Shown in pieces: positions 28,040-31,956 of a stretch of DNA of 31,956 nucleotides. The DNA comes from Candidatus Heimdallarchaeota archaeon (GTDB taxonomy: Archaea > Asgardarchaeota > Wukongarchaeia > Wukongarchaeales > JBHIFL01): contig JBHIFL010000049.1 in assembly GCA_046761065.1 (NCBI GenBank), positions 1 to 31,956 of the forward strand, in the 5' to 3' direction. The notes under the pieces were generated by a model that worked only from the letters and a program-made list of their open reading frames with translations, made no database searches and was not told the origin of the DNA. Each line of letters starts with the position of its first letter. Positions within the stretch are counted from its first letter, which is position 1. The position numbers were made by a program, and so were the translations under genes.

Positions 28040-28399
28040 TATGAGCTCCACAAATTAAAACAAGAAAGGAAAGATTTTGTTAAAGGTTTAATTAAGATAT
28101 TGTGAATTAGATACACCGGCTATGGTAATGATCTATGAGCATTGGATAAATAGCTAAAGGTATCAGGAGAAATATGTGCAAAGTTGTTTGATCTTGGAAA
28201 TTAAATTACTCTACTTTTTTCTTATAGATATAGACTCCTAGAGCCATACTGATGACAAAGAAAGCAAGAAGCAAAATTATGGAAGAAGAGTAGAAATTCT
28301 CAACTAAAAGAAGTGGCGAAATTAGGAAGATCTACATGGTGCGCTGGCGAATAGTCTCCCGTATTTTTCACCTTTTTTCAAGGCAATGAATAGCTGGAT

Positions 28400-29545
28400 T
28401 TACTTTTTGAAACGTCGGGATATCCAGAGTAAAACGGTCAAACCAAGGATCGTGGGAACGGCAGTGAAACTTGGAATGAATGTAGCTTCTTTCGTTACGG
28501 TTTCGTGCTCCGTCACCGTCACGTACTCCGTCACCGTCAAGGCGTAGAAATCTTCATCTATTCTTACAGATTTCACCAAGAGATTTCCGTCTACACCTGT
28601 TAAATAACTTATGTTGAACAGCTCGAATGACTCCCTTTGACGCAATTCTTCTAAAAGATTGACTTTCTTCTGTTTTTGATAATTTTCTCCGTAATTTAAA
28701 TAGACATCAAGATTCACAGGATCAAAAATATTGCTAAAGAGTCTATGACTTGTACCCTCTTGATGAACCGCATATAGAATGTCTGCACACGCTTGAACGG
28801 TGAGATCTTCCTCATTCTCAATTTCACTTAACATCTGCGTCGCTCTATTGTAGCGCCAACAGGGTTAATTATATGCATTACCTGTGTTATTAAGATTGAA
28901 ATTAGTTGATACGATGAAATTTCCAGTTTTCCGTGTGAACGCCCATTTGTGTGTGGACGGATTCACACTCAGTACCACCGCATTTCCTGAAGCATCTCCA
29001 TAATGGATCTGCCCCCCAATTGTAGCATTCCATTTATGGATTTTGTACCATTCTATAACCTCTTCTACATTCTTGCAGTCCCATAATGATGTATGGATAT
29101 ACACCGAGGATTGATAAGTCCAAAATTCTGAAACATTCGGATTATCAATTAATGTAAGTGAGGGGAGCCCATTAATATCAAACATGAGTCCGTGTTCATT
29201 CATCCCCCCGCAAGGATTAGGATATAGTTCCCCTTTCTCTTCATTAAGAAACCCAATAAGGACTGTACCATAGATTGATCTTTTTCCTCCAATTACGGAG
29301 ATATTCTGTGCCGGGATATACCATATACGTAACTCTCGTTGGCGATAATCTTCATTATTTCCGAAGAAAACAGTATCACCTATAGCTATTGTGAAAATCG
29401 TGCAAGAAGGGCTGGTTTCGGGCATATTCGATATAGGGATATTTTCAGAACTAATTGTTGGCATAGTGATGCTTGATAATAGAATGAAAAGAAGAAGAAT
29501 ATGTTTCATAGAAAAGCTAAGCAGGAAATTTTTTCTAACAACCAT
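28400..29545 (-). pseudogene. Secreted membrane-anchored Ntn-hydrolase (C45/choloylglycine hydrolase-like) with an in-frame TAA at 28865-28867
   Basis: Signal peptide, S/CTIF nucleophile, GNNED, GGMNEHGL, STNF; frame continues through NAYN*PCWRYNRATQML to TM + RRFKK. Confidence 0.85.
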
Positions 29546-29799
29546 TCTGTTAAATCTCCGCTATTTATGTTTTCAATCAGTTAAAAAGCAACTCGTAATA
29601 TCTAAATAAAAAGCTTTGCTTGAACTTCATCTCTTTTTTTTACTCATTTTTATTTACCAAGCTTTGTCTGGTTATCTATCATCGTTGTATGGAAGCCATT
29701 ATTGCAGAAATTGCTCTTGATTTGAGTGTGTTCTAAATATTGATTAGGATTATTTAGTTTCCGACGAAAGAGTATAAAGAAACGCGATTGAGTAAAGAT

Positions 29800-30150
29800 T
29801 TAAGGTTTCTGAACAACACAGAATAGGTTGCCATCAGGGTCTTCCAACACGATATAGTCATGATCCGGCTTATATCTCCAAGGATAGCGAGTTGCACCGA
29901 TCTTGATTAGTCGCTCCACTTCCCCGTCTCTGTTGTTTGTGTAGAGGTCGATGTGCAATCTACTTCTCTTACCAGTGCGCTTTTCGGGAACTTTTTGCAA
30001 AGATATATTAGGTCCTCTTCCCTCAGGATCACAAAGAACCACCCAGTCACTCGTTGCAGGTTCTCTAGTGACATAGTGGAATACTTCTTGCCAGAAGGCT
30101 AACATTTTATCGAATTCGTAACAACGGATAACAATTGAACCGATTTTCAT
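29800..30150 (-). CDS. VOC/glyoxalase-like protein
   Basis: LAFW, RLHIDL, ERLIKIGA, LEDPDGNLFCVV. Confidence 0.9.
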   Translation of the reverse strand: MKIGSIVIRCYEFDKMLAFWQEVFHYVTREPATSDWVVLCDPEGRGPNISLQKVPEKRTGKRSRLHIDLYTNNRDGEVERLIKIGATRYPWRYKPDHDYIVLEDPDGNLFCVVQKP

Positions 30151-30301
30151 TTTTCTAAACTTTCCCTATCTTAATATAATGTATTCTGTTTATTAATCGA
30201 ATTTTATGCATACGATTATTCCATGAGTGCTTCTCAAAATAAAAATATAAAATGTTTTACTTAGAATGAGATCTTAGAATTCAGATTGGAGCCATTTCTC
30301 A

Positions 30302-30424
30302 ATGAAGGCCCTGATAGTATATGATTCAGTTTATGGAAATACAGAAAAAATTGCTCAAACGATTGGGAATTCTTTATGTTTATCAGATAAAGATAAAAAC
30401 TATACAATAGAACAAAAGGCATAG
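30302..30424 (+). pseudogene. Truncated flavodoxin (N-terminal fragment)
   Basis: MKALIVYDSVYGNTEKIAQTIG is the FMN phosphate-binding loop; stops after 40 aa; GGAG SD. Confidence 0.75.
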
Positions 30425-30425
30425 G

Positions 30426-30713
30426 ATGAGTATGGAACTAGAAGAAATACGGAAAAAAATCCTACCTGTACTTCAACGTGCAGAAGTGAAATCCGCTGCT
30501 ATATTTGGCTCAGTCAGTAGAGGGCAAGACACACATAAGAGTGATATTGACATCTTAATAGAGTTTGGGGGAAAGAAGAGTTTACTGGATCTTGTAGGGT
30601 TAAAAATTGAATTAGAAGCAATATTAGGAAGAAAAGTAGATGTATTGACCTATAAATCTCTACATCCTCTTCTGAGAGAACGAATTTTACAAGAACAATA
30701 TGTGATTCTATGA
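30426..30713 (+). CDS. Minimal nucleotidyltransferase antitoxin (MntA-like)
   Basis: GSX10DXD ([15 protein letters not shown]), LGRKVDV. Confidence 0.93.
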   Translation: MSMELEEIRKKILPVLQRAEVKSAAIFGSVSRGQDTHKSDIDILIEFGGKKSLLDLVGLKIELEAILGRKVDVLTYKSLHPLLRERILQEQYVIL

Positions 30714-31066
30714 AAGTAGATCCAAGAATTTTTATTGAACATATTTTAGAGAGTATCGAACGAATAGAGGAGTATATTAAAAATAAAACGGAAGAAGATT
30801 TTTTAAAGTCCATTCAAACTCAAGATTCGGTAATTAGACGTCTTGAAATCATTGGAGAAGCTGTTAAAAATCTCCCTGAGGAATTAACTGTCAAATATCC
30901 AGAGATTCCGTGGAGAAAAATAGCAGGAATGCGAGACCTCTTAATTCATAGATATTTTGTAGTGGATTTAGAGTTAACTTGGAGAACAGCCACAGAAAGC
31001 ATTATCGAGTTACGAGAGAATCTACTAAAAATAAAGAAAGATCTAGAGAGCAGAAAATCATCATAG
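30710..31066 (+). CDS. HepT-like (DUF86) HEPN RNase toxin
   Basis: [16 protein letters not shown]4HXY (RDLLIHRY); ATGA overlap with the antitoxin. Confidence 0.93.
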   Translation: MKVDPRIFIEHILESIERIEEYIKNKTEEDFLKSIQTQDSVIRRLEIIGEAVKNLPEELTVKYPEIPWRKIAGMRDLLIHRYFVVDLELTWRTATESIIELRENLLKIKKDLESRKSS

Positions 31067-31394
31067 GATGGGTTAAGACGCTCTTCGTGGTTATCTATGA
31101 AAAAATATGTTATATTTTGAATTTTTTCTCATTTTATTATAAATATCTGTTTATTTCCAGTTAAAACTTCAGGAAGAAATGCTTCAAAATGTCGCATTTC
31201 AAAGCATTCATCATTATTGAAAAAGGTTTTCTATGAAAATTAAATGTAAATTATTGCTAGAGGTTGTATAAAATATAGTGAAATTCCAAATGGGATTTGT
31301 TTGATTTAGATTGCAATATTTTTAGCACATATTGATCGAATAAGCTAATATAAGATTATATATAGGAAATAATTAATGCATTCAATAGAAAAAG

Positions 31395-31727
31395 ATGTTA
31401 AAAATGGGGAAAAATGAGTTAATTAACGGGTTCATTGCACGAATAAAGTCTCTTTATAAAGGAAAACATATATCAGTGATTCTTTATGGTTCATTTGCTA
31501 GAGGAGATGACATTCCGGAATCTGACATTGATTTCTTGGTGGTACTACCTGAATTTAACAACTTTTGGAACGAATTCAAGAAAATAAGTGAAATTACAAA
31601 TGAACTCTCACTAAAATACGGGAGGGTGATATCCGCTATCCCGATTCGGGAGATTGATTATACTACGGGAATAGATCCACTAATAAGAAATGTGAGAAAA
31701 GAAGGAGTTGTATGTGGGACGACATAG
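31395..31727 (+). CDS. Minimal nucleotidyltransferase (second MNT)
   Basis: LYGSFARGDDIPESDIDFLVV; C-terminal NVRKEGV. Confidence 0.9.
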   Translation: MLKMGKNELINGFIARIKSLYKGKHISVILYGSFARGDDIPESDIDFLVVLPEFNNFWNEFKKISEITNELSLKYGRVISAIPIREIDYTTGIDPLIRNVRKEGVVCGTT

Positions 31728-31956
31728 AAAAGCTCATAGAAAAAGGAAAACGAAGTCTTAGAGCAGCTAAAACTCTCTATGAGCATATGAGCAAAATGAT
31801 TGCGATTTTGCTGTATCCAGGGCGTATTACAGTATGTATTACGCCACTGAGGCAGTGTTACTTACAAAAGGACTTGTTTTCTCAAAGCACAGTGGAGTTA
31901 TAGCAGCCTTTGGACAATATTTCGTAAAAACCAGCATATTTTCAAAAGATTATTTT
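31712..31956 (+). pseudogene. HEPN-domain protein frameshifted by an 8-bp tandem duplication; runs off the window end
   Basis: Removing one TATGAGCA copy restores LYEQNDCDFAVSRAYYSMYYATEAVLLTKG..SKHSGVIAAFGQYFVK. Confidence 0.88.

Noticed and set aside
28040-28399. Possible gene remnant between convergent genes
   Set aside because: Only short stop-interrupted frames with nothing recognisable
28865-28867. Stop-codon reassignment or Sec/Pyl recoding
   Set aside because: The codon is TAA, which terminates many genes normally in this window; Sec and Pyl use TGA and TAG

Overview
AT-rich archaeal chromosomal DNA, with GGAGG/GGTGA Shine-Dalgarno (SD) motifs, TATA-like promoters and surface proteins ending in a TM helix plus basic tail. 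Gene content suggests an Asgard (Heimdallarchaeia-like) archaeon; this is inference, since the window has no marker gene. It encodes two tandem SDRs, an operon of a B12-dependent radical SAM plus a radical SAM/SPASM enzyme preceded by an unannotated 46-aa Cys-rich ORF, two group II PLP decarboxylases, a SERCA-like P2A Ca2+-ATPase, a secreted C39-like protein, DinB, CsaA/Trbp111, an RHH-zinc ribbon regulator, a QW-repeat barrel protein, a C_GCAxxG_C_C protein, a NosD-type beta-helix surface protein, SurE, a transglutaminase-like protein, a MacB/FtsX-type ABC pair with a divergent wHTH regulator, an interrupted Ntn-hydrolase, a VOC protein and two MNT-HEPN toxin-antitoxin pairs. The best lead is the radical SAM locus at 2500-5781, either a GMGT lipid bridging/methylation pair (gms/gmm-like) or an archaeal RiPP system. 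SD placement also points to ACG/CTG start codons in up to three genes, and several genes carry single-event lesions. No rRNA, tRNA, CRISPR array or transposase was seen.
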